Position numbers and translations under genes: made by a program. The notes beneath the pieces are model-generated. The model saw only the letters and a list, made by a program, of their open reading frames with translations. It ran no database searches and had not been told where the DNA came from. DNA of 64,000 nt from Alphaproteobacteria bacterium (GTDB lineage: Bacteria; Pseudomonadota; Alphaproteobacteria; UBA2966): assembly GCA_964291395.2 (NCBI GenBank), contig OZ219856.1, positions 2,176,001 to 2,240,000 of the forward strand. The letters run 5' to 3'. How positions within the stretch are numbered: position 1 is the first letter of the stretch; each line of letters starts with the position of its first letter. Below are positions 29,201 through 38,746 of the stretch, piece after piece.

Positions 29201-31955
29201 GGACATCGCGGTCGACAACGGAACGGCGGGCAACTTCACGGATGTGGGCGACGGTCTTGCCAATATCTACTCGGCGACCATCACGCCCGCGGCCGGGTTC
29301 ATCGGGACGGTGACGGTCAGCGTTCCGGAGAACGTCGCGGCGGACTCGGACGGCGATCTCAACGAAGCGTCGCCGTCCGTGCCCCGTTGGTATCGTGGAC
29401 CTTGACGCTCCGGCGCAGGCGGCCGACTACAGGCTGAGCGGGACCACGCTGACCATCCCGGCGGGCGAGAGGACGAGCACCGGGACGGTGACGATCGCGG
29501 CCGTCGACAACGCGGTGGACGCGCCCGACAAGACGGTGTCGGTGTCGGGAACGGCGCGCAACGCGGAGGGCGTGACGGGTCCCGGACCGGTGACGCTGAC
29601 GATCAAGGACGACGATGAGACGCCGACGGTCGCGCTGGCGCTGTCGCGGTCCTCGATCTCGGAGAACGGCGGGACGGCGGCGGTGACGGCGAGGCTGGAC
29701 CGGGCGTCGAGCGCGCCGACGGTGGTGACGGTGGCCGCCTCGCCGGACGCTCCGGCGCAGGCGGCCGACTACAGGCTGAGCGGGACCACGCTGACCATCC
29801 CGGCGGGCGAGAGGACGAGCACCGGGACGGTGATCCCGGCGTGTGAAGCTGACGATCAAGGACGACACCTGGCCGGTCAATCGAGTCTACACCAGGCCCT
29901 GCAATCGAACGCCCAAGCCCTCGAGGACGGCACCTTGTCGCGGCCGTCGACAACTGGGTGGCGGAGCCCGACAAGACGGTGTCGGTGTCGGGAACGGCGC
30001 GCAACACGCAGGGGGTGACCGGCCCTGAACCGGTGGCGCTGACGATCGAAGACGATGACGCTTCCGCCTTCATAAGGCGTCTGAACCAGGTCGTCCAGGA
30101 GCTCCTGCCGCACGTCAACCAGGCGATGGTCGACAGCACGCACGCCGCCATCACGGACCGCCTCGGTTCGGCGCCCTCATGCGTGGAAGCCACGAACCTT
30201 GCCGGTCAATCGAGTCTCCACCAGGCCCTGCAATCGAACGCCCAAGCCCTCGAGGACGGCACCTTGCGGGCTGAGCAGGCGCTTCCCGGCACGTCATTCG
30301 TGCTGCCGCTCTCCGATCAGTCCACGCCGATGCGGATGGCCTGTCTCTGGGGCAGTGGCGACTACCGCGCCATGGCGGGCGGCGGCGATCGCGTGGTGAC
30401 GTGGGACGGCGATATCGTCGGCGCCCGCCTCGGGGCCGATATGCGGACGCGGGACGACGTTCTGACGGGCGTGGCGGTGTCGTGGTCGAAGGGAGGGTTC
30501 GACTGGACGGACCGGGGCGGTGAGAAGCGGGTCGACGGCACCTACGAGAGCCGGATGACGAGCGTGCACCCCTATGTGGGCTGGTCCGTGGACGAAGGGC
30601 TCAGCATATGGGCGACGGCAGGTCTTGGCAGGGGCGATATCGAGATCGACGATGAGGAGGCCGGCCGGCATGAGAGCCGCACGTCGATGCGGACGGCGGC
30701 GGCGGGCGGGCGCGTCGATCTGCTCGCGAACGACCGCCTGATCGCGGGCGGCACGACGCTGCTCAGGCTCAAGAGCGAAGGCTCCGTGGCCCGTGCCGAG
30801 GCGGAGGGCGGCGGCTTGATCGACCCGCTCACCGTGGACACGAGCCGGCTGCGCCTGACATTGGAGGCGAGCCACGCGCGACCGCTCGCCGGGGGCGGGC
30901 ACCTGACCCCGACGCTGGAGGTGGGCGCCCGACATGACGGAGGCGACGGGGAGACCGGCTTCGGAGTGGAGCTGGGGGGCGGCCTGCGCTATGAAGATCC
31001 TGCCTTGGGCCTGACGGTAGAGAGCCGCGCCCGAGTGCTGGCAACGCGCCGCCACGACTACGAGGAATGGGGGATCGGTGGCTTGGCGCGGCTCGATCCC
31101 GGAGCCGATGGCATCGGCCCGTCGTTCAGCCTGATGCCGACGCTGGGCGAAACGGCGGGCGGCGTCGAGAGGGTGTGGGAGCGGGTCGCGGCCGCCGACG
31201 AGCCGGCCGATAACGATAGCACGCCCTACGGGGTGAATGCCGAGTTCGGATACGGGCTGCCGGCCTTTGACGGAGCCGGGGTCCTCACGCCTTACACGGA
31301 CCTCTCACTCACGGATGGAGGCCGCGAGTGGCTTGCCGGGACGCGGTTTCGGATGGGGGCGCTCGACGCGGACGTCTTGGGCGCGCTGGCGCGGAGCGCA
31401 TCCGGCGAGTCCGACTATCGCGTCGGTATCGCGTTGAGCCTGCCGCTCGGCGGCGGATCCGCGGGCGGGTCCGGGCAACCCGAGAAGCAACAGTCCCGAC
31501 CGATGCCAACGCAGCCGGCCCTGCGGTCGGGGACGAGTGCACCGGCGAAGCCGGAGCCCGGCATGGCTTCATCGTCCGCGGCCGCCCAACCGGCGCCGGC
31601 GCCGGTGCCGGGACCCGCGGCGACGCAGCCATCCGGGCCCCCGGTCCCGGAGCGGGTTGCCGCCCCTGCGGCCGAGTCGGTCGCGGAGCCTTCCCCTGCG
31701 CCGCGCTGGCGCGTACAGCTCGGCGCGTTCTCCGACGAGGCCAACGCGGTCAGGGCAAGGACCGCGCTCGAATCCATGTTCGACGACATCCTCGTCCGTG
31801 CCCGACACGCGCTCGTCGTCGACAACTCGAAAGCCGACGGACTCTCGCGCGTCGTCATCGCCGATGCGTTCACCGGACGCGGCGCGGCCGCCGCGCTCTG
31901 CTCGGCAATCAAGGCCCGCGGGCAGGACTGTTACGTCGCGCCGTTCCGGCGGTAG
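26211..31955 (+). pseudogene. Large surface adhesin / autotransporter-like protein split over three ORFs (26193-29405, 29395-30018, 29958-31955): signal peptide, two lectin-like domains, Ig-like and Calx-beta-like repeats, beta-barrel, Pro-rich linker, SPOR domain
   Basis: FRLLFVTS...GVPIYWLNG..ADxYADFYDG twice; TLTIPAGQTASTGSVTITAVDN repeats; LWGSGDYR and GARHDGGDGETGFGVELGGG; WRVQLGAFSDEANA...LCSAIKARGQDCYV. Start may instead be GTG 26469. Breaks may be assembly errors. Confidence 0.8.
28400..30060 (+). repeat. Intragenic near-identical ~340 bp Calx-beta-like repeats (two complete, the rest partial)
   Basis: GACGCTCCGGCGCAGGCGGCCGACTACAGGCTGAGCGGGACCACGCTGACCATCCCGGCGGG recurs at ~28872, ~29404 and ~29746, with a related copy at ~28530. 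Confidence 0.9.
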
Positions 31956-31957
31956 TC

Positions 31958-32040
31958 GAACGGCCGGGGCTCCTCGTGGCGGCGCGGCACCGCCCGGACC
32001 CGCGCCACCAGCTCGGTCGGCGAGAACGGCTTGACGATGT
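31958..32040 (-). pseudogene. Response regulator fragment (OmpR/KdpE-type receiver end)
   Basis: IVKPFSPTELVARVRAVPRR. Confidence 0.6.
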
Positions 32041-32093
32041 GTCGGCCGCACCCGCCTCGAGGGCCCTGGCGACGGTCTCGTCGCGGCCGTAGC

Positions 32094-32309
32094 GATCCCG
32101 TCCAGGAAATCGTGTACGGATCCGACGGACCCAACGCCGTCGTTACCACTGCCCTCCACGAACTGCTTCCGGAAAGCCGGCGCAAGGTTCTCGCCTTCGC
32201 CGACAGCCGGCAGGAGGCCACTCTCTTCGCTTGGTATGCCGAGGATTCCTGCGGGAAGCTGCGCGACCGGAACCTCATTCTCAGAGCCATCATGTCCGAA
32301 CCGATATAG
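32094..32309 (+). pseudogene. Internal fragment of a large DEAD/DEAH helicase
   Basis: RRKVLAFADSRQEATLFA, a motif IV-like segment of large defence-associated helicases. Confidence 0.55.
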
Positions 32310-32363
32310 CCGAAGCGTTATCAGGCCGCCGTTAACAGACATCCCTGTGAAGCGATCGAAGGC

Positions 32364-32800
32364 CTATTGAGCATCTTCGAGATCTTGCCACGGATCGAGC
32401 AACCGAATTTCGAAGTTCCGAAAATCCTTCACATTGCGCGTGACAAGGGTCAAGTCATGCTGAATGGCAGCCGCTGCGATCTGTACATCGGCTGCGGAAG
32501 GGCGACGGCCGACGCGACCCCCGTCCCCCATCAGTCGCCCCCAGACCGCTGCGGTAGCCGCATCAAACGGCAAGATGCGCCCGTCGAATTGGCGGGCGAG
32601 ATCTTGTCCGATCCATCTCTCAAATTGTTCCGACGGTCTTGTTCCCTTACCTTCCGCGCGCCTCGGACGAGTTCTCCTATGGTTTGTGCCGCAAGGAAAA
32701 GGTCGCGCGGGCTCTGAGACTCGATCCAGTCGAGCACGGTCTTGTCAGGTCGTGGCCTGACGGTCTCGCTGATCACATTGGTGTCCAGCAGAAAGACCAT
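32364..32800 (-). pseudogene. vapC: PIN-domain VapC toxin with a 1-bp deletion frameshift
   Basis: FLLDTNVISE in one frame; restoring one G near 32630 joins FERWIGQDLARQFDGRILPFD...DVQIAAAA...LVTRNVKDF. Confidence 0.85.
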
Positions 32801-33090
32801 CAGGTGAGGTCGGCAGATCGGCCCGTGGAGTGGTCACGCTCGATCGCAAGGTCAGCGTCGGTCAGAGGCGAAGCACGGAGGAAAGCGACCAGCTCGGAGC
32901 CTGTCTTCGCCCGTGGTGCAGTCAGCCTCTGCTGCAGGGATCGGCGGATGAGTTCGGCTTCCTCGCCGCCGGAACAAAGGGCGCCAGCGATTGCCTTGAC
33001 GAGGGCTGCGTCTTGTAGGGGTACTGTGACTTCGACGCGCCTGGCGCCGCCAGTGGAGATCCTCTTGCGGTGACGGGAGGCACGGGACAT
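32800..33090 (-). CDS. Putative antitoxin coupled to the PIN gene
   Basis: MSRASRHRKRISTGGARRVEVTVP...LVAFLRASPLTDADLAIERD; TGATG overlap with vapC. Confidence 0.7.
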   Translation of the reverse strand: MSRASRHRKRISTGGARRVEVTVPLQDAALVKAIAGALCSGGEEAELIRRSLQQRLTAPRAKTGSELVAFLRASPLTDADLAIERDHSTGRSADLT

Positions 33091-33317
33091 CTGTTGAGTC
33101 TTCAGACTTGAAGGGTCCACGACAGTGTATACATCCTGCAGCATTTCAAGGGAAGCCGGCTGTCCTTCGAGGATGTCTTCGAACGGGCCCGCGGGCTTGA
33201 GGACCGGGATCGGGCGAGCGCGTTCCCCGCGGTGTTTCGGCCGGTTTTCGAGCGCTACCAGGAAAGCCTTGCCTGTTGATCGGCATGAAAAAGTGACCCC
33301 ATTTGGAGGTACTTGTT

Positions 33318-33779
33318 TTGGCCAAACCAACTCACGAATCCCGTGCCCCGAATGCCGGGCGCTGGCAATACCAGATACGCGTCGAACTGACCGATGGAGC
33401 CGCGGAGGCGGCAAGGCGGGGGGAGAGCGCTCCAGACCTCGGACCTCTCGCCGACATACTCGAACGGCACGACGCGGATCTGAAATGCCAATACGATGCC
33501 TTCGCCGGCTATTGCGCCGAAGCGGAGCAACGGGGCATCGACAAATATCCGCTGTACGCCTGGACCAAGGCCACGATGGAAGATCCCGCCAAGAAGGCGA
33601 AATACACCAGGTCCTTCACGATTCACGTCAAGGGCGAAGAGGTCTATGCCAAGGAAAGGGCCGAGGCGCTGGAGGCTGATTTACGGCTTCTGGTCGGTGG
33701 CAAGGTCGTGACGAAACTGGCGAAGCACGACACCAATCCAGCCAACAACCCGCAGCCGCCGAAACGGTATCGCTCTTGA
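33318..33779 (+). CDS. Conserved hypothetical protein
   Basis: GGAGG RBS then TTG; host-like codons; CQYDAFAGY, YPLYAWTKAT, DTNPANNPQPP. Confidence 0.75.
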   Translation: MAKPTHESRAPNAGRWQYQIRVELTDGAAEAARRGESAPDLGPLADILERHDADLKCQYDAFAGYCAEAEQRGIDKYPLYAWTKATMEDPAKKAKYTRSFTIHVKGEEVYAKERAEALEADLRLLVGGKVVTKLAKHDTNPANNPQPPKRYRS

Positions 33780-33940
33780 GGATCGGCCGCTCCCATCCGC
33801 GCTCTGGGCGTCGTTCGGGCCGCGGCCGGGCAACGATGTCAGGCTGTCGCGCGACGTGCGGCAGAACCGGTTCGGTGGTTCGGAAACGCCTCGAACTCCC
33901 CCCAAAAAAATTCCGAATACAGTCCCGGAGTCGTCCGGAT

Positions 33941-34906
33941 TCACTGGTCGTGACTGGATCGCGGGACGCTCGGGCGCGGGGCGACGTCACGAAGATTGGC
34001 TCGCTCGACGAGCGCCTCTCCCATCGGTTCCGGCTCCTCGTCTTCGGCGACAGCCACCCACACCTTGAGGCTCGATTCTCCGCCACCGTACACGACGCCT
34101 CGGGTCGGTGAGGCGTCGTCATAGTCCCGGCCGACGGCAGTGCGGATATGCCGGTGATCGACGCGTGTATCGTTGGTCGGATCGATCCCGATCCAACCCA
34201 TGTCCGGGAGCAGAAACTCGGCCCATGAATGGCTGGCGCCGACTTGCGCCTGCTCGCCCCTCGCTCCCTCGAGGTGGAGATACCCCGACACGTAACGGCT
34301 CGGAATCCCCCAAGACCGGGCGATGGCGATCATCACGTGGGTGTAGTCCTGACAGACGCCACGCCCCGTCTCCAGGACTTGCTCGATGGATGAATCAACG
34401 GCGGTGCTTCCCGGTTCGTAGGTGAACGCGGCATGGAGGATCGAGGCCGTTTCCAGGAGCGAGCACAGAGGGCCGGCACCGCGACGGATACCGTTGGCCG
34501 CGGTAAACGAGTCGAGAGCCCGGCAGGGGTACGCGAAGCGACTGGGCCTCAAGTACTCCCAATGACGAATCGGATCCACCATGTCCACGAGCGCGTCCCA
34601 ACTCTCCCTTTCCGACCTCCCCGCGGGAGCCGGCGCGTCGGCTACCTCGACCTGCGACCGCGAATGCACGATTGCCCGCCGGTGCTCCCGATGGACGTTG
34701 AGCAGGTGACAGACATTACCGAACGAATCCTTGAAGGCGGCAGGAGATGCGAACGGATCTATGTCGAGGTTGAACGCCAAGATCCGCTGGCGCTGGTCCT
34801 CACGCGGCCGCAGCCGGAGTACCATCAGGCTTCCGTGCGCCGGATCCTGGTAGCTGAATTCGGAGACGTGCCTGACCAGGTACCGTCGCGCTCCCTGCGC
34901 ACTCAT
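33941..34906 (-). CDS. Transglutaminase-like protein
   Basis: GVCQDYTH, RYVSGY, HSWAE, GIDPTN, AVGRDYDD catalytic triad motifs. Confidence 0.95.
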   Translation of the reverse strand: MSAQGARRYLVRHVSEFSYQDPAHGSLMVLRLRPREDQRQRILAFNLDIDPFASPAAFKDSFGNVCHLLNVHREHRRAIVHSRSQVEVADAPAPAGRSERESWDALVDMVDPIRHWEYLRPSRFAYPCRALDSFTAANGIRRGAGPLCSLLETASILHAAFTYEPGSTAVDSSIEQVLETGRGVCQDYTHVMIAIARSWGIPSRYVSGYLHLEGARGEQAQVGASHSWAEFLLPDMGWIGIDPTNDTRVDHRHIRTAVGRDYDDASPTRGVVYGGGESSLKVWVAVAEDEEPEPMGEALVERANLRDVAPRPSVPRSSHDQ

Positions 34907-35883
34907 GGTTTCGGGCTATCCTCTATCGCGTAGTCGAAATAGGCCGCCTCGACATCGTCGTGGAGCTTACGGCATGAGGCCCGGATTTCCATGAGCGTCG
35001 TTCTCGTGGCGTCATCGTCCTCGGGGTCCCGGTTCGGCCAATCGTAGTCGATGCGCGCTGCCATGCGTCCCGCCCCGCGTCCCGCCTCGACGGCGAGCGG
35101 CTGGCGTGAGGAGATCGCGTCGAGCGCATCCCAGACCCGCGCCAAGGCATATCGGATCGAGCGAGAAAGCAGCGGATCGGCAACGACGAAATCGACCACG
35201 GCCGTGGGCTGGAACTGAAGCGAATGGAGGCGGCTGTATGCGACCCGAGCGTCGCAGATTTGAAGCAAAGAGCGCCAGACCGACTCGATATGGTATTCAC
35301 TGGTCGGAAAGACGGTCAGCTGGGCGTCCACCAGCGCAGCAACAAGCTGAGCCCGCTCGACGAAACGACCGAGTTGCATGAAATGCCAGCCGTCATCTCG
35401 GTACATGGTGCTGTCGGTGATGCCCGAAAAGGTTCGAATCGCGTTCTCCGTACGCAGATAGAATTCTTCCGGCCGGTCTCTCCAGATGTCATCGACCTCG
35501 ATATCGCGCAGGCCGAGAAACGCGATATTGAGGCAAGACCACATGTCCTTGCCGACGACGTTACGTACCTGGCGGGCGTTCTCCCGAGCCGAAGCGAGAC
35601 AGTTCCGGATGCCATCGGGATTGCTGGGCTCGAAGGTCAGGTCGGCGGCGAGGGTATAGGCGTCCGCCAGCATGAATTGCTCGTCCCCGAGATTCGATTC
35701 CAGATCGCCTCCCACCGGTGTGCGGACGAGCCCGATGTACAGGCGCCGCCAACACCGGTCTATCTCCTCGACCGGCCGATCCTCAAGAACTCCGAACTGG
35801 TCCGCGAGCAGGCGACAGCTGTGCTGCGCCCGTTCGAGGTAGCGGCCGATCCAGTAGAGACCCCGGGCGCTCCGCGACAGCAT
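34903..35883 (-). CDS. Alpha-E domain protein
   Basis: MLSRSARGLYWIGRYLERA, ARENAR, LGRFVERA (two ER motifs). Confidence 0.93.
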   Translation of the reverse strand: MLSRSARGLYWIGRYLERAQHSCRLLADQFGVLEDRPVEEIDRCWRRLYIGLVRTPVGGDLESNLGDEQFMLADAYTLAADLTFEPSNPDGIRNCLASARENARQVRNVVGKDMWSCLNIAFLGLRDIEVDDIWRDRPEEFYLRTENAIRTFSGITDSTMYRDDGWHFMQLGRFVERAQLVAALVDAQLTVFPTSEYHIESVWRSLLQICDARVAYSRLHSLQFQPTAVVDFVVADPLLSRSIRYALARVWDALDAISSRQPLAVEAGRGAGRMAARIDYDWPNRDPEDDDATRTTLMEIRASCRKLHDDVEAAYFDYAIEDSPKP

Positions 35884-35887
35884 ATCG

Positions 35888-37402
35888 TTACGCGGACAAC
35901 ACCCAGAGATCTTTTCCGCCGCCACCCTGACTTGAATTGACGACGAGCGAGCCGGGGGTGAGGGCAACCCGGCAGAAGGCTCCCGGAACCAGGTGCGTTT
36001 CACGCCCCCGCAGCACGAAGGGGCGGAGGTCGACATGACGCGGCGCGGTGCCATCATCCGTCAGACAAGGTGCGCAGGAAAGGTCCAGGGTGGGTTGGGA
36101 TATGAAGTTGGCCGGGTTTTTCCGAATCTCTTCGGCATAGGCCGCGCGCTCAGCAGGCGTGGCATGCGGTCCGATCAGCATGCCATAGCCGCCCGAGCCG
36201 CCGACCACCTTGACGACCAGCTGATCGAGGTTATCGAGCGTGTATTCCATCTGTTCGGGGTCTCGGCAAAGGTGCGTCTCGACGTTGGCGAGCAACGGCT
36301 CCTCGTTCAGGAAATAGCGGATCATGTCGGGAACGTAGGCATAGACACTCTTGTCGTCAGCCACTCCGGTCCCCGGGGCGTTGGCGATGGCGACATTTCC
36401 AAGCCGGTAGGCGTAGAAAAGCCCAGGCGTGCCGAGCTGCGAATCGGGACGGAAAGCCAACGGGTCGAGGAAGTCATCGTCGATCCGGCGATAGATAACG
36501 TCGACGCGCCGTAGTCCGCCCGTCGTCCGCATGTAGACGAACCCGTTGTGGACCAGCAGATCTCTCCCCTCCACGAGTTCCACACCCATTTCGCGGGCGA
36601 GAAACATGTGTTCGTAGAAGGCCGAATTGTGCACGCCCGGAGTCAGAAGGACGATGCAGGGATCGGAAATGCCGTTCGGCGCGAGCTCAGCCAGGGTGTG
36701 ACGGAGCAGCGTGCCGTAGTGCTCGATGCTGCGTACGCGGTGCCGACGGAACAGGTTGCGAAGACTGGTTTTCACCGTCCGGCGATTGGCCAGCATGTAA
36801 GAAACCCCGGACGGCACGCGCAAATTGTCTTCCAGGACCAGGAAGCCGTCGCGCGTCCGCACGAGGTCGGTCCCGCAGACACTAACGTAGGTGCCGTGGG
36901 GAACCTGAACGCCGCGCATGTCGATGCGGTACTGCGGGCAGTCACGCACCAGGTCCACGGGTATGACGCCGTCCTCGAGTATCCGTCCAGGACCGTAGAT
37001 ATCGGCCAGGAACAGGTTCAGCGCCTCGAGCCGTTGCCGCAGTCCGCGTTCGATGAAATCCCAATCCTCGGCGTCGATCAGCCGTGGGAGGACGTCGATC
37101 GGAATGATCCGTTCTTGCGCGCCTTTCTCGTCGTAGACGGAAAACGTGATGCCGTCCTGCAGGAACGATCGCTCCGCGCGTTCCTGCATGTTCGCCACCT
37201 CGACATGAGTCATGCCCCCAAGAGCCGTCCACAGCTCTCGGCAGTGTTCGCGGGGAGTCCCCGCGTCATCGAACATCTCGTCGTAGAAGGCGGGGTCGGT
37301 CTCGTAACCGTCGAAAAGATGCCCACCACCGCCCATCTGATCACCGCTCGCCGCCGATACGACCGACGGCGGCGTTACCTCGTTCGGCTTTTTCGATTCC
37401 AC
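35888..37402 (-). CDS. Circularly permuted type 2 ATP-grasp protein
   Basis: YDEM, VLEDNLRVPSGVSY, YRRIDDDFLDP, ADDK, RHVDLRPF, VVNSSQGGGGKD. Confidence 0.95.
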   Translation of the reverse strand: MESKKPNEVTPPSVVSAASGDQMGGGGHLFDGYETDPAFYDEMFDDAGTPREHCRELWTALGGMTHVEVANMQERAERSFLQDGITFSVYDEKGAQERIIPIDVLPRLIDAEDWDFIERGLRQRLEALNLFLADIYGPGRILEDGVIPVDLVRDCPQYRIDMRGVQVPHGTYVSVCGTDLVRTRDGFLVLEDNLRVPSGVSYMLANRRTVKTSLRNLFRRHRVRSIEHYGTLLRHTLAELAPNGISDPCIVLLTPGVHNSAFYEHMFLAREMGVELVEGRDLLVHNGFVYMRTTGGLRRVDVIYRRIDDDFLDPLAFRPDSQLGTPGLFYAYRLGNVAIANAPGTGVADDKSVYAYVPDMIRYFLNEEPLLANVETHLCRDPEQMEYTLDNLDQLVVKVVGGSGGYGMLIGPHATPAERAAYAEEIRKNPANFISQPTLDLSCAPCLTDDGTAPRHVDLRPFVLRGRETHLVPGAFCRVALTPGSLVVNSSQGGGGKDLWVLSA

Positions 37403-37582
37403 GCAGCGCTACCGGTCACGCCCATCATTGGTGCAACGCGACATGACCGGAGCAACCGTAACACAGTCGATTCCGGGTAGCAATCGGACCCGAAGCGGTC
37501 GGTATTCTTCTGGCCGTCGAGTCGCGGAAGTCGGGTCACGGTTGCCCAGCGCATATTGAGCAAAGGGGTGGGGGGTGGATAA

Positions 37583-37594
37583 CCTGATATCAGG
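37583..37594. promoter_or_regulatory. Perfect 12-bp palindrome in a divergent promoter region (GntR/FadR-like operator candidate)
   Basis: CCTGATATCAGG. Confidence 0.4.
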
Positions 37595-37642
37595 ATTTGC
37601 CGCGGATAGCGGCTTGCGCAGCGGATCGAGGGAGATCAGGCA

Positions 37643-38473
37643 ATGAACGGCAACGAGACCCTAAGTGCATCTACGCCCACTTACACCATGGGCTACAGCG
37701 ACGAGTTCCAGAAAATGCTCGATCGCCGGAACGCGGAAACCAACGCGGCGCATCTGCTGCCGCACCTCACGTCCGGTCTTCGCGTTCTCGACCTCGGATG
37801 CGGTCCGGGAACGATCTCGGTAGGGCTCGCGAAAACGGTGGAGCCCGGAGAGCTGCACGGCATCGACATCGAAGAGTCGCAGATCGAGATGGCCCGGGCC
37901 GCCGCCTCGGCCGGCGGGCACAGCAATGCGGTATTCCAGACCGGTGACGTGACCGATCTGCCCTACGGAGACGACTCCTTCGATGTCGCCCACTGTCACG
38001 CCCTGCTCATGCACGTCCCGGATACGCGGGCCGTCCTGGCCGAGGTGAAGCGGGTGTTGAAGCCCGGGGGGCTCATCTCCGCCCGCGAAATGATCGGCGC
38101 CTCGTCGTTTTCCGAGCCGGCACTCGGCGACCTTGGCGATGTGTGGGCGACATTCCAGGACCTTCTCGAGGCCAACGGAGGCCACCCCCAGATGGGGAAA
38201 GAACTGAAGGGTGTGTTCCTCGAGGCCGGGTTTTCCGACATCCATGCGAGCGCGTCATTCGAGACCTATAGCACGGTCGAGGACGTCACCTTTTTCCACA
38301 CGTTCGCCGGCGGCTGGTTCTTCTCTCCCGACACCATGGAGGCGGCCACGAAACACGGCTTGGCAACTCGCGAGCAGTTCGAAGACTGGCGCCGCACGAT
38401 GGACGAATGGAAAGACGCCCCCGGTGCCGTCTCGGCCGTGGCCTGGGGAGAAGCGATAGGACGCAAGCCGTAG
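37643..38473 (+). CDS. Class I SAM-dependent methyltransferase
   Basis: VLDLGCGPG, GIDIE, LPYGDDSFDV, RVLKPGG. Confidence 0.93.
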   Translation: MNGNETLSASTPTYTMGYSDEFQKMLDRRNAETNAAHLLPHLTSGLRVLDLGCGPGTISVGLAKTVEPGELHGIDIEESQIEMARAAASAGGHSNAVFQTGDVTDLPYGDDSFDVAHCHALLMHVPDTRAVLAEVKRVLKPGGLISAREMIGASSFSEPALGDLGDVWATFQDLLEANGGHPQMGKELKGVFLEAGFSDIHASASFETYSTVEDVTFFHTFAGGWFFSPDTMEAATKHGLATREQFEDWRRTMDEWKDAPGAVSAVAWGEAIGRKP

Positions 38474-38746
38474 CTCTTGGGCATGGTTCGCCGAGCTAAG
38501 TCGTCGCCTCCCGGCGGGCGCGCGGATCCCGTTCGGCGGCGGCCGCTCGACCGTGGACCACCTCCGCGTCCAAGGCGCTGTTTCTCCGTTGCCTCGTAAG
38601 CGGTTTCTCATGGCTTCCGGGATCGGCTCCACCTCGTGGGCGAGCCTCCCGGTCTCACCGCCCTATCCTGTCACTTAGGCCCGTCGCCGAGGCGAAGATG
38701 TGCAATAGTGCTTGCCCGCCATTTCGCAAGCCAGTGGGGTTGAGGC

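Noticed and set aside
29382-29385. Phase-variable homopolymer switch in the adhesin
   Set aside because: A run of four C is too short for typical slipped-strand phase variation, and a second independent break lies downstream
28400-30060. CRISPR array or non-coding repeat array
   Set aside because: Repeats are ~340 bp in-frame protein domains with no repeat-spacer pattern; no cas genes in the window
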